A stretch of 64,000 nucleotides of DNA, from the NCBI GenBank assembly GCA_046563655.1, contig CM102283.1, positions 744,001 through 808,000 of the forward strand, written 5' to 3'. This document shows, in pieces, positions 12,401 to 25,230 of the stretch. How positions within the stretch are numbered: position 1 is the stretch's first letter; each line of letters opens with the position of its first letter. Below the pieces are notes generated by a model. It saw only the letters and a list, made by a program, of their open reading frames with translations. It made no database searches and had not been told where the DNA came from. A program made the position numbers and the translations under genes. Source of the stretch: Yuukianura sp. NJ FZ-2021 (Eukaryota).

Positions 12401-12930
12401 CAGCAGTTATGTTTTTTTGAAAAATTTCCTTTTTTCGATTTACAACCTCGGAAACAATGTTACACCCGTAAAACAACCTCGGAAGCAGTACCTTCGGAAG
12501 GGTACCCCCTTGGGGTTCTTCAGTAAAAAATTTCAAAATTTTGGGTTGAAGGGCGTGGTCAGCAGTTATTCTTTTTTTCAAAAATTACAAGTTTTTTTTT
12601 CACTTTACAACCTCGGAAAAACTGTTACACCTGTTACACGTAACGTTACACTAAAACTACCTCGGAAGCGGTACCCCAACGACGGTACCCCCTGTGGATA
12701 CCTAAGTTGAAAATTTCACCAAATCCACTTGAAGGGCATTGTCAGCACTTAGTTTTTTTTGAGAAAACTCAAGTTTTTTAAGTTTTCAACTTCGGAGAAA
12801 ATGTTACACGTCTAATTCTATTTCGGAATGGGTACCCACGAGAGGAGAACCCCTTAGGGTGTATAAATTAAAATTTTCAAAAAATCCAGTTCAAGGGCGT
12901 GTTCATCACGTAGACTTCTTTAAAATTTTT
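9430..12930 (+). repeat. Tandem array of ~164-bp monomer (~21 copies) with ~490-bp trimeric higher-order repeat
   Basis: Monomer includes ggggtaccttagtaaaaaatttcaaaatttttgcttaaagggcgtggtcagcagttatg; the diagnostic variant ctacctcggatgtggtaccctcgcaag recurs every ~490 bp; monomers decay at the edges. Confidence 0.95.
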
Positions 12931-13256
12931 CACCTTTATTTTTAGTTTTTCGTGTGGGAAGAAATATTTTGGAAGTAAAGTTGGATTGGGCTGAATAACC
13001 ACTCGAAGTGGTTTCCACAAACCCCACGGTACCTATAATCCAAAAATTGGAAAAATTATCAGGACCAATTTTCGCACACCTAGAATTTTTTTGCAATTTT
13101 GTCCAAGTTTAGAAAACAAGAAAATGAAACAAAGCGCAAAACACTCTAAATATTTTTTCAGAGGTGTTTCAGATTTTTCGTTGCAAATTTCTATATCTCA
13201 CAATCATACTCTAATTGACGATGCGACCGACCGACCGACCTACCGAATCACCTAAG

Positions 13257-13660
13257 TGGATTGCACAATCTCTAACAATTTACATTTGAGATTTTTCAAA
13301 GTTAAAATGGATCGCACAATTCCTAACAATTTGTATTTGAGATTTTTCAAAGTTAAAGTGCATCGCACAATCCCTAACAATTTACATTTGAGATTTTTGA
13401 AAGTTAAAGTGGATCGCACAATCCCTAACAATTTACATTTGAGATTTTTGAAAGTTAAAGTGGATCGCACAATACCTACTAACCTAACCTAACAAACTAA
13501 AAATTTTCTCCCAGTATGAAGATACCATTACCCAATAAATGACAAATTGTTAGGAATTGTGCGATCCATCTTAACAAATTCTTAGGAATTGTGCGATCCA
13601 TCTTAACTTTAAAAAAATCTCAAATACAAATTGTTAGGAATTGTGCGATCCATTTTAACT
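13257..13660. repeat. 51-bp tandem repeat with inverted copies (small foldback MITE)
   Basis: Four and a bit copies of ggatcgcacaatccctaacaatttacatttgagatttttgaaagttaaagt, a short spacer, then reverse-complement copies (aaattgttaggaattgtgcgatcca) at 13543-13660. Confidence 0.85.
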
Positions 13661-13869
13661 ATAAAAAATAAGCTTACAGTGAAAATGAAAAGGTTAGCAA
13701 AGTAAAGTCGCTTTGTCCAAAAATCGTGAAGGTAGAAATGTCATCTCGGATCAGGACGGGACCGGCAGGTCACAATGCGATTTCCGCTTGCTAACTTTCT
13801 ATGTCTAGGAACTACTGGCGGTGGTAACTTGCCATTCGGCCGTTATCACGGCAAGTAGATACTCAAGAT

Positions 13870-15860
13870 GCAGTACTGACCACGCACTTGAAGAGGATTT
13901 TTTTGAAACCTTTAACTTAGGTACCCTCATGGGTAACAGTTGGGTACATTTTTTCCGAGGTTAAAAACTTTTAAAAAACTTGAGTTTTTTCAAAAAAACA
14001 GGTTAAGTGCTGACCCCGCCCTTCAAATTAAATTTTTGAAATTTTTTACTAATGTGCCCATTGGGGGTACCGTTCGGAGAGTACCGCTTCCGAGGTTGTT
14101 TTACGCGTGTAACATTGGTTCCGCGGTTGTAAATCAGAAAAAAAATTGGAAATTTTTCAAAAAAACATAACTGCTGACCACGCCCTTTAAGCAAAAATTT
14201 TGAAATTTTTTACTAAGGTACCCCAAGGGGTACTATTCTGAGGGTACCGCTTCCGAGGTTGTTTTACGCGTGTAACATTGGTTCCGCGGTTGTAAATCAG
14301 AAAAAAAATTGGAAATTTTTCAAAAAAACATAACTGCTGACCACGCCCTGTAAGCAAAAATTTTGAAATTTTTCACTAAGGTACCCCAAGGAGGTACCCT
14401 TCCGAGGGTACCGCTTCCGAGGTTGTTTTACGCGTGCAACATTGGTTCCGCGGTTGTAAATCAGAAAAAAATTGGAAATTTTTCAAAAAACATAACTGCT
14501 GACCACGCCCTTTAAGCAAAAATTTTGAAATTTTTTACTAAGGTACCCCAAGGAGGTACCCTTCCGAGGGTACCGCTTCCGAGGTTGTTTTACGCGTGCA
14601 ACATTGGTTCCGCGGTTGTAAATCAGAAAAAAAATTGGAAATTTTTCAAAAAACATAACTGCTGACCACGCCCTTTAAGCAAAAATTTTGAAATTTTTTA
14701 CTAAGGTACCCCAAGGGGGTACTATTCTGAGGGTACCGCTTCCGAGATTGTTTTACGCGTGCAACATTGGTTCCGCGGTTGTAAATCAGAAAAAAAATTG
14801 GAAATTTTTCAAAAAAACATAACTGCTGACCACGCCCTTTAAGCAAAAATTTTGAAATTTTTTACTAAGGTACCCCAAGGGGGTACTATTCTGAGGGTAC
14901 CGCTTCCGAGGTTGTTTTACGCGTGTAACATTGGTTCCGCGGTTGTAAATCAGAAAAAAAATTGGAAATTTTTCAAAAAAACATAACTGCTGACCACGCC
15001 CTGTAAGCAAAAATTTTGAAATTTTTCACTAAGGTACCCCAAGGAGGTACACTTCCGAGGGTACCGCTTCCGAGGTTGTTTTACGCGTGCAACATTGGTT
15101 CCGCGGTTGTAAATCAGAAAAAAAAATTGGAAATTTTTCAAAAAACATAACTGCTGACCACGCCCTTTAAGCAAAAATTTTGAAATTTTTTACTAAGGTA
15201 CCCCAAGGAGGTACCCTTCCGAGGGTACCGCTTCCGAGGTTGTTTTACGCGTGCAACATTGGTTCCGCGGTTGTAAATCAGAAAAAAAATTGGAAATTTT
15301 TCAAAAAAACATAACTGCTGACCACGCCCTTTAAGCAAAAATTTTGAAATTTTTTACTAAGGTACCCCAAGGGGGTACTATTCTGAGGGTACCGCTTCCG
15401 AGATTGTTTTACGCGTGCAACATTGGTTCCGCGGTTGTAAATCAGAAAAAAAATTGGAAATTTTTCAAAAGCTGTACTGCTGATCACGCTCTTGAAGTGG
15501 AATTTTGAATTTTTTAACTCTCGTGGGTGCCCTTTCCGAGGTAAAACTACAAGTGTAACATTTTTTTTTGGAAAATTGTCAAAAAAAATAAGTTTTTTGG
15601 AAAAAGTTTAAGTACTAACCACGCCCTTTAAGTGCATTTTTTTTTGAAATTGTTAACTTATGTACCCGTATGGGTAAGCGTTGCTTTACTTAACCTAACC
15701 CAGTCTAGCCAACTTTACACACGGAATAGTTTTTCCGAGGTAGAAAACTTGGGGAAAAAATGAAATTTATTTTTTGAGAAAAACTTAGTCCCGGAAACGC
15801 CGTTCATGTGCATTTTGTCAAGTTTTTACCAAAGATACCTGAAATGCTGGCGGTTGAAGG
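13870..15860 (-). repeat. Tandem array of the same ~164-bp monomer in reverse orientation (~10-12 copies)
   Basis: cataactgctgaccacgccctttaagcaaaaattttgaaattttttactaaggtacccc is the reverse complement of the left-array monomer. Confidence 0.95.
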
Positions 15861-16880
15861 GGTACCCAGCACGATACAGCTTTACCGCTGAAATATTTTT
15901 TGAGAGATTTTTTGTAATATTGTCTTTACATATATTGTCCTGAGTATTTGGTTAACTTTGGTAACCATTTGTCATTAGTTCAGCTTTGTGAAAGAAATTA
16001 ACTCCATTTTGTTACTTACTACCAGTTAATTATTAAATTAATTTTAACTAATTATTAATTTGGATTAATTATTAATTTTTATTATTTACAAAACTAATGT
16101 GAATTAATTTTTAACTAATTAGCCGATAATTTAAATAATTTAGAAAATATTTCCGATGCCCATATGCGATTTTGCATTGCTTCGGCTGTATGGTATCACG
16201 TAATCTGAAAATAGGGTGAAAGTCCATAGTTAACTATGGGAGAAAGCTATAGATATCTCCAAGTTATTATGGGTAACAAATCAAACTCAAAACAAATGAG
16301 TTTCACTTCATTTTTCAGAAAACTTCTGCTGTCGTTTACTGTGTATTAGTGTAAGTAATTGGTCTTCAACGAGTTATTTAGTTTAGATGTTAATTGAAAT
16401 TAGAAGCATATTAAGCAATTGCACTAATCTATTCGGCGAATTGTCTCGTGTGGGTAACTGTCGCATCACAAGCATTGTAAGAATTGCCTGTGTACGGTTG
16501 AAGTAAACTCTACGGAGTGTATTGTAGTCACCTACACCTTTGTATTCTAAAGAGCGGCACTAACCGTTGATAAAATCAGCTTGAAGCTTTCCTAACCCGG
16601 CTATAAAAAGTGGTGGTTGTTGTACTTGTAGGGAAAATTTCAAATTTATTGCCGTTCTTTATTATGACAGAGCTGTACATTGAGCGAATCATACAGCACT
16701 AAAACAAATTCAAACGGCTGGGTGATGACAATGGGTTTCGTAAAGTTGACCTCAACCATATTTTCCTTGGTACTATTCATTGCTAAGGGAGAATAAGTTA
16801 TAAAACTAAATACACTACAATTATGTATATACTATAATTCAATTTTGCGTCATATTACTGATTCCGAGTGACAAGTAACC

Positions 16881-18631
16881 ATGGGAGCGACGTTGAGGTC
16901 ATTGGATGATTTGGAGAGGAGTACGGCGTGTCACGAAGGGCACATCACGTTAACGTATGAGCAGCAGGAAGAAGTGGAAGAGTCTGTCCTAAGGATGTAC
17001 AGAAAACGCGTCGATTGCAGCAACCCGAACTATCCTCTACTCGCAAGGGACAAGCATGTTGCCTATTTGACTCTCGGCTTGTCCAGGCTCTCGTCCAACT
17101 TTGAGGTGAGGCATTGAATTTGGTTTGAATTTATCGTACTTTCTATTTACCGGTACCTGTTGACTTTTAGGCTCTGGACAGCAGTCAGCCCTGGCTCTGC
17201 TACTGGATACTCCATGCCCTTAGTCTCCTAGATGTCAAACTCAGCCCAGACCAAAAGAAGAAAGTGACAACATTTCTAGCATCCTGTCAAGCGGATGATG
17301 GTGGGTTCGGAGGGGGACCGATGCAGATGCCCCATCTAGCAGCATCCTACGCCGCAGTGAATGCATGTGTCTGTCTGGAACATCCACAAAGTCTAGCCAT
17401 TATCAACCGGTGAGTTCAGTTTCAGTTGAAGGTGAAGACGGAATTTTTCATTATAACATTATAACATGAGACGACTCATTAATATAATGTGGACGATATT
17501 TGTACAGAGATCGACTACTGGAGTTTGTAGTTAACATGAAGATGTCTGATGGATCCTTCCGAATGCACCGTGGAGGAGAGGTGGACGTAAGAGCCGTTTA
17601 CTGTGCCGTCGTCGTCGTCAAACTGACGAATGCCTCGGCTCCACCTACGTTGTTCCAAGGCACAGCGGAATGGGTGGCAAGGTAAAGTCTCAGTTACTTA
17701 CAGTGTGGTGTAGTTAGGAGTCAGTTAGTTGTAGTTAGATTGTCAATTAGAAGAGTCATCTTTGAAACAAGTTTCATTGTGGTAGGTGTCAGACGTACGA
17801 AGGGGGATTCGGCGCGAGTCCGGGAATGGAAGCCCACGGTGGGTACACTTTTTGTGCCGTTGCTGCTCTCATCCTTCTCCGTCAACATCACCTCATCAAC
17901 ACCGACGCTCTTTTGAAGTGGCTGGCCTTCAAGCAGTTGCCCCTCGAAGGTGGCTTTGCGGTGAGTTTGAGTAGCTTCTGCTGAATTTAGTTCGGTCAAT
18001 AGAAAAGACGATCAAAGGCTTGAAACCGTCCTAGGAATAATAGGTTGATGTTTGATTTACAGGGACGGACGAATAAATTAGTTGATGGGTGTTACTCGTT
18101 TTGGCAAGGAGCCACGTTCGCCCTTCTCAGTCAGTGTGTGGAGCCTGGTGATTGTGTTACTGAAGAGGGGAACTGGCTGTTTCACCAGAAAGCCCTTCAA
18201 GAGTACATCCTCATCTGTTGCCAGTCTCTCCATGGAGGACTCATTGACAAACCCGGCAAGTATGTGTTCATTCTAAATCATAAAGTCAATTTCGCGACTG
18301 TTTTTTCACTTCTGCACTCCACTTGTTTTTATTTGAGGGCTCGTGACTTTTACCACACTTGCTACACACTGAGCGGTCTTTCTATTGCACAACAAGCTCA
18401 GGGATCCAGCACCATCCTCGGCAACCCCGCTAACGCGCTGGTAAGATTCCCGTTTAAGGTTTCTTTCTGTTCTTCTGAAGTAATTTAATGATATAATATA
18501 CGTTTCAGCGTCCAGTCGTCCCAGTTTTCAACCTGACAGTCGAAGCAGTATCCAAAGCACGGGAATATTTTTATGAAAACGATCCCAGCGTTAGTGCTTC
18601 AGTGGAAGTTGAAGAAGAAGAGATGAGTTGA
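16881..18631 (+). CDS. FNTB: Protein farnesyltransferase subunit beta; exons 16881-17105, 17171-17409, 17508-17681, 17786-17960, 18063-18259, 18338-18440, 18509-18631
   Basis: Motifs LDSSQPWLCYWILHAL, GGEVDVRAVYCA, CQTYEGGF..PGMEAHGGYTFC, GRTNKLVDGCYSFWQG, RDFYHTCYTLSGLS; GT-AG introns with consistent phases. Confidence 0.95.
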
Positions 18632-19530
18632 CACATTCAGAGACTTAATGGCCAGTTGTCCTGATTAACTCAAGCCTAATCCTAATCCCACCAAATCAAA
18701 ACAACGTGAGCTGTGTTAGGAAATTTTGACAAGTACTAAATCCATAGGTATAATAGAACCCAATAGAATTCTTGCTTGAGTTACATTCGTCTCGGACACG
18801 AATTATAACGTAATCGCTGAAAGATTTCTATTGAAATGTCAGTTTTGGTCTCCGGGAGGGCATTATTTCCATTTGATCCAGAATTTGTCGGTCCTATATT
18901 TTTAATTGCAGTTCTTCCCACATCCTGTCAAATTCTTATTCTAAATGATCTCGAATGCGGAAAATGCTAATAAGATAAATGGTTTAGAATCTCGTCGTTG
19001 CGTTGTTAATTTGGTTTGCAAGCACAGATTCCAAGGCTATGAATAGTGCCGAACTCTGCCGTGCCGTGACAGATTATGTCATCCGGTTCATTTTTTTCTG
19101 AGTATTAGACTAGACACTGCATTAAGTAACCCGACCATTACATACTAAACTGTAAACAAGAATCCGCGGTCAGACCTTTAGGCAGACCCTTTGGAAGGGG
19201 TTTATAGCAAAGCTAAATTGAGTAGCATTTGGTAGATAACTTATTGTGAATTCACCAAGTCTAAAATTAATTCAGCGGTGACTTCCAATTCCAATTCCAA
19301 GGATAAATTCCAATAATTCTAACTAACAAAAAGAATTATCAGGCATATTTAGACATCCGGAAGAAAAAAAGACCAATATGATACAGGACAGTGGTTGTTA
19401 CGAATAAGATTGACAGCTGTTTATGCCTTCACAGTTTTACACTAGGTAGTACTTAAGTACTGTAGCTAATATTTACTTCAACCCCGCTTCGCTGCACCAG
19501 CGTTTGAGAAATTGGCGTAGTGAACACTGA

Positions 19531-21826
19531 ATGGTATGCCTTAGCATGGTCTTTTGTAATATCTTTCCTATTTATTTAAATGTTGAATGTGTCCATTTTT
19601 TGTGCAGGCTGGTACCTGTGTCATCAGTAATTCGGGTGGAACGAGCCTCGCCGAAGGGAGCAACATCCATTTTAGTCCAGTTGACAAAAAGCCACTCTGT
19701 TCTTACTCAAACAAGCTCTGTCGTCAACGAAGGCTCAACGGTTACGGATTCTGCATTAGGTAAATAAGTACTAGGTAGAAAGCTTAATAACTATACCATA
19801 TAAGGGATAAGTCTTGTCAAGTACACCAAAATTAGATTTTCCGTTTTCTAACGTTTTGTAAATGTTTCTCCGTTTTGTAAATGACTTTTCTTTAAGGGCT
19901 AAAGCTTCAGTCCAAAATGCATGCAGAACGTATATGACCTTGACACTTGACATTAATGTCACTGTCGCATAGTTCTGCTGGTTTAGTGTACTTCCTCCAT
20001 TCTCTTCATTTCATTAAAAAGACGCTAATGTTTTCGATATTTCATCATTTCGTCCATTACTACATAGTAGAAAACTTTTAGTTTTCTTAAGCAAAGCCTT
20101 AATGCACCGCCTCATTATATTTTACTACATTTCTTCGGATTGAATAATTTTCTGTTGTCTCTCTCATAAGGCATATTTTGGAAGACAAGTCAGCTCCGTT
20201 CAAGCAATGCCACTTTGTGACAAGGAACAACAGCCAGAAATGCTTGAATGCCATTCCCAGGAACCAGGAGAGAGGCTATTGCCATAGCCACATGCAAGTC
20301 GCGGGTTTCATTCCTAAGACATCGAAGAAACCGAAGCAGGTCAAAGCATCTAATAATGCCCCCTCGCATTCCCAACGGCCGACTACACTTGCTATTCCAG
20401 CAAAAAGTGAGTCGGATAACTCTGATTGTATAATTTTAGTAGAAGAGGGAGACTCTAAAGGAACAACCGAACACTCTTCGAAATCAGTAACGAAGGCGAG
20501 GCCCAAGAAACTTCCATCTGCTGGGCAGTGCGCTGGGAAGGTCAGGGATTCAACCACGCCAACTCAAAGTCAAAGTTCAACCGTGACATTTCATCCCCTG
20601 CTGAACAAAAAGAAGAGTAAGTTGCGATTGAAAGGTAAGAACGCAGACTCCGTGCCAAATGGAGATGCGTTCAGGGAGTCGCTGACTTCGTCTAAACCTT
20701 TTGAACAACTCAAGACACTCATAATGTTGGAGAAGTTGCCGCGAGGAGGCAGTGGAAGCGAGTGGGACGGTGGAACAAAGTATTGCCATAGGATAGTTCC
20801 AGTCTCGACTCCAAGTGTGGATGGAAAGAAAGAGAAACGGGCAGATTTTTTAATGCGTGTTCGCCAGTCTTACCGGATCCAGTACGAAACACTTCGACGG
20901 CTGGCGAAAGAACGTCGAGAGGCAGAAAATCGTTCCAGTTTTCTTCTGAGGAAGTCACTCCTTGCTTGCGCTCGAATTGATCCCAAGAGATGCGCCTACA
21001 TTCTTAAAAACGGAGAAGATTTTAATGAGGCTGAGGTTGGCATTTGCGGAGAAACAGATTTGAAGCGAAGTCACCCAGGAAAACACTGCCCAAAAATCCA
21101 AGCAAGTGCAATTATATAAGATTTGTTAGTTATTCATTGCCTTGATTACTTTTGATTGAATTGAATTTTTTTTCGGTCTTTCGTTACAGGTAGATGATGT
21201 TGGATCCACTGCTCCACGCATGAAGATTCCGAAAGATGAGGATTTGAGTGCCCAATCTAAAGGGACTTTACATAATAGTACCATCCATCCTCCCCTTGCT
21301 GTTTCTTACTCCAGTCACACAAAGAAGGAACAAGAGGCGATATGTAACATCGTTCTGGACAATGTTGTACATGCTGGGACATCATCGAACCTTGCCACTA
21401 TAGGTGCCCCCTCGGATGGCACTTTCGACAATGCTTTCGACCACTCTCCGCATCACCCAGGTTCATTGTCTCATTCATTTCATATTGCAATTTTCATTTT
21501 CATCTTCAAACGGTGTTCAACTGGTTTTATTTACAGATTCCGACTTTGGTGATGTGGAAGAGCTCGAGAGGACTTTTGCTTTACACATTGACCCTGAGAT
21601 TGCGCATCAGGCATCATGTATCATGGAGGAGAATGGATTGACTGAGGAGGACTTTACAGATCTTTTCCCAGAAAGCAGACTCGGTGATCAGAAAGGAGGA
21701 ATAGGAAATGATCTTGTGGGCCTTGACCTAGCCACATCTACACTTGATGGAACAGACATTGACTACGCCATATTCTCCAACATCTTTCAGAGACCGTCTC
21801 CGGATTCACTCAGAAACACATTCTAG
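19531..21826 (+). CDS. INO80D: INO80 complex subunit D-like; exons 19531-19533 (ATG), 19608-19759, 20171-21035, 21190-21460, 21537-21826
   Basis: Spliced N-terminus [49 protein letters not shown]...YCHSHMQVAGFIPK matches the INO80D zf-C3Hc3H region as recalled; the first exon is inferred. Confidence 0.85.
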
Positions 21827-22166
21827 AGGTTAGAAATGTATCAAATCGTGGAATACTTTTGGTTTACAATCTAGTTGATTGGTCGAGTTGATGACTTAAT
21901 GCTGGATTTTTTTGTGAAGTGCATGTGTTTTTGTCATTTCTAATGTGGAAAAATTCGTAACGTTAATCGGCAAAACTCCCCACATAGTTTTGGCACATTT
22001 CGGGAACCATATCTTTATTAAGATGAGTTTTTAAGTTACTATTCTAAAATTGTGGGCTACTAAAAAAAATTCTTTGTTTTCAGAATTTGAACGTTAAAAA
22101 TAGGGGCGATTAGTCATGGTATTTCGAGGAATAAGATTAGCCAATGACAAAATGATGTCGCTTGTC

Positions 22167-22963
22167 GGTTGAAGTAAACTTGGGCCCCCCGCCTGTCCCC
22201 ACCCGTTCAAATTTTCGCGCTGCTTCCATTGTCCCCACCCAGTGCCCCACTTGGTGGGGACAAATGTGTCCCCACTAGCCTTAAACAACGACTCCCCCGA
22301 GCGGTTGGTGTCGAACTAACGAATTCGAGCTGGCAACGTTGTAGTGTTGCTTCAATGTAAAAAACCCGCTGTAGAAAAGGCCACTAGGGACTAGGGCACA
22401 TGTAATCAATATAGCGAGGCTCATTCAGACAAACTTACACACTTAATCACTATTGCGAGACTTTTAGTCAACCAAACCTACAGACGTAATCACTATTGCG
22501 TGCTTTACCAAACCTAACGCCGCGCCTTCGGCGCGGAAACTGCAAAGAAACTTCTTCGTGTAGTTTCAGCCCGAAACTTCTTGGGACAATGCAGTTTCCG
22601 CGCCGAAGGCGCGCCGTTAGGTTTGGTTAAGCATTCAATAGTGACTATGTCTGTAGGTTTCGCTGATTGTCCTACAATAGTGATTTTGTCTGTAGGTTTT
22701 TTTGACTTTATTATTAGTCTCATATTTATTCTCCGGTGCACTGGGTGGGGGCAATGGAACAACGGTACGACGTTGCCAGCTCGAATTCGCCAGTTCCACA
22801 TCGGCCGCTAGGGGGAGTCGGTGTAAGGCTGGTGGGTACACTTTTGTCCCCACCGAGTGGGGACAAATGTACCCACTTGGTGGGGACACTGGGTGGGGAC
22901 AATGGAAGCAGCGCGAAAATTTGAACGGGTGGGGACAGGCGGGGGCCCAAGTTTACTTCAACC
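22167..22963. mobile_element. MITE with long TIRs (~170-200 bp), 8-bp TSD and a nested inner inverted repeat
   Basis: Termini GGTTGAAGTAAACTTGGGCCCCC / GGGGGCCCAAGTTTACTTCAACC; TSD CGCTTGTC at 22159-22166 and 22964-22971; inner IR accaaacctaacgccgcgccttcggcgcggaaactgca versus its near reverse complement, about 22507-22628. Confidence 0.85.
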
Positions 22964-23476
22964 CGCTTGTCAGCTCCCTCATCCCTTCTTGTATTCTCAC
23001 ACTTTTTAGTCTTAACTTTCAGTTGGCTTTTGACACTCTTCCTTGTCTCAAGTTCCAACCAACTTTTGAACCTATTTATTCATCACATCACTAAAGCAGA
23101 AATTAAGTCAATTTAAATTACTTCTGAAATAATCCCAGTTAAAGTTGTAGTAAAACTGCATTGGAACATTTTCACTCCACAACTTCCCCTAATGGCCATC
23201 TACAACATTTTTCACAATTTCAACGGCTACCGTTACCGCGTCAAGTACAAACGTCAGGAAATCGGGGGCTAGAAACTATTAGCATCGTCCTTTACATTTT
23301 TAGCACTGTTTTCTTGTTGTAATTAACGATTTAAATTTAACTACACTTTAGCGTAATTTAACTTTCAACCCGGATTCAACTTATATAAGTTATTTGACAA
23401 TATTCCGTTAGAAAACACTAATTTCTAAAGTCCACTTCATCAAATTTTGCCACTAGTATTTTTTTAAACCGACGAC

Positions 23477-25230
23477 ATGAGAAGAAACAGGTTGAAGTTG
23501 TGGGTTACTTGGTTGCTGTTGGTCATCTGGCATGCGCAGTTGAGTAGAGGCTACAAGGCAGTTGTCCTCGTCCACGGCATGTTGGACCACAAAGACAGTC
23601 TCGTGTCACTTGCAGACAGAATTGTCACGGTAATTTCGGTTTAATAATTAGAGTGCGGTCATTGACCTTTGACCGCTTTAGTTTGTATATTTGAGTTAAC
23701 TTTTGCCACTTTTTTTTTTAGAAACATCCCGGAACCAACGTGACAATAATCGATCGTCTTCATGGGTTTCGATCGCTGATTCCGCTGTGGACACAAGTTC
23801 GTTTGTTTCAAAAGTCGCTCAATCCGATCATGGAAGCCCATCCAGAAGGAATTCATCTCTTGGGTAAGCATGAACATCAACCCAAACCATGTCAAATGTC
23901 ACACAAAAGGTCAAAAGGTCACCACTTGATCTTTCCTGGTGTGTCGAAATTTTGTCACATGCTCTTACTACTTGCCCTTGTTTGAACAAACATGATAGCG
24001 TTTAGGAAACTCTTAAGAAAGACAAACAAAAAACCGCATGGATATTAGATAAAAACGTGTTTTGTTGCGTTAAAACTTTATCTCACGCTTGAACCTACCC
24101 ATTTTTCACGCACATTCCACGCCGTTACTTAACCAACATAAATATTTGACACACCCACCAATAGACAAAGGGGATGAATCATAAGAGTTTATTTTTAAAA
24201 AGTTGAAAAAAACGAAGACAATGGGACTTTTGAATTTTTTTCAGGATTTTCACAAGGAGGTTTGATTGCCAGAGGGCTGATTCAGTCCAATCCAAATCAC
24301 AATGTTCAAACTTTCATCTCCCTGAGTTCGCCACAGGCTGGACAATATGGCGGTTAGAAATAAAAATTTTCTGAAAAAAGAAAAAAATTGTGGAAATTTT
24401 GGACTTTCACTTTGATTTGTTTTTAGATGAATGCCTACGCATTTTCTTTCCGAATTTGGTGAAGACGAAGGCCTGGAAGTTGTTCTACTCTCGCTTGGGT
24501 CAAGACGTGTCGATCGGCAACTACTGGAGAGACGTAAGGGTCACTGATCTCAAACTTATCCATTAAATAATGACAACATGCAGAAATTTGCGCAAATTTC
24601 AAAGTCCAAATTGTGTTTGGATGAGTTTATAAACTCTATAGAGTTGTGAATCTTTACTTCTTTTTCTTTTGCAGCCACATCATATTCCACTGTTTCTGAA
24701 TCATTCTGACTTCCTGGCTCACGTAGACAACTTCGTTGGGAGTCCAAATGCCACAGAGTTCAAGGCCAACTTTGTCAAGATTCAGAAACTGGTGTTGATC
24801 GGTGGACCAGACGATGGGATCGTTAGTCCATGGCAGTCAAGGTCAGCAGATAAGCATTAGCTTAGACCAAAGGTCAAGTTGTCATGGATCACCTTGACCC
24901 GATTCAATGACATAGTTGATCTGATTTGTTTGTTTTGTTAGTCAATTTGGATTTTACAACAAGAACGAGACGGTAGTGGACATGCGTGAAAGACTGGAGT
25001 ACAAATTGGATTTATTTGGATTAAAAACCTTGGACAAATCGAATAAAATCAGTCGCCATACGGTTCCAGGCGTAAGCTCGTTGATTTAATTGGCACTTTT
25101 AAATACAATAATTAACATTAAAAATTAAAAGTACATAACAAATGTCTTATTTTATTTTCAGATCCAACACTTCAAATGGCATCGAAATCTTACTGTTATT
25201 GACAATTACATTTTGCCGTATTTGGACTGA
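23477..25230 (+). CDS. PPT2: Lysosomal palmitoyl-protein thioesterase 2 homolog (multi-exon)
   Basis: Signal peptide, then YKAVVLVHG, nucleophile [44 protein letters not shown] and terminal [24 protein letters not shown] introns. Confidence 0.92.

Larger units (their letters stand above)
9063..16252. mobile_element. Composite foldback-like or Helentron-associated (HINE/DINE-like) structure carrying inverted satellite arrays
   Basis: 14-bp inverted repeats CTATAGCTTTCTCC (9063-9076) and GGAGAAAGCTATAG (16239-16252) flank AT-rich pads and two oppositely oriented 164-bp arrays; (GACC)n microsatellite at about 13225-13245. Confidence 0.55.

Noticed and set aside
13252-13492. 17-aa repeat proteins on both strands
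   Set aside because: By-product of a 51-bp tandem repeat with inverted copies.
9447-15487. Many repetitive ORFs (e.g. MFFLKNFHFF..., MLKGRGQQ...)
   Set aside because: They are translations of satellite DNA whose frames shift with homopolymer length.
9430-15860. CRISPR-like array
   Set aside because: Monomers are contiguous with no unique spacers, the context is eukaryotic, and no cas genes are present.
22514-23094. Overlapping ORFs on both strands
   Set aside because: They lie mostly within a GC-rich palindromic MITE and have no protein features.
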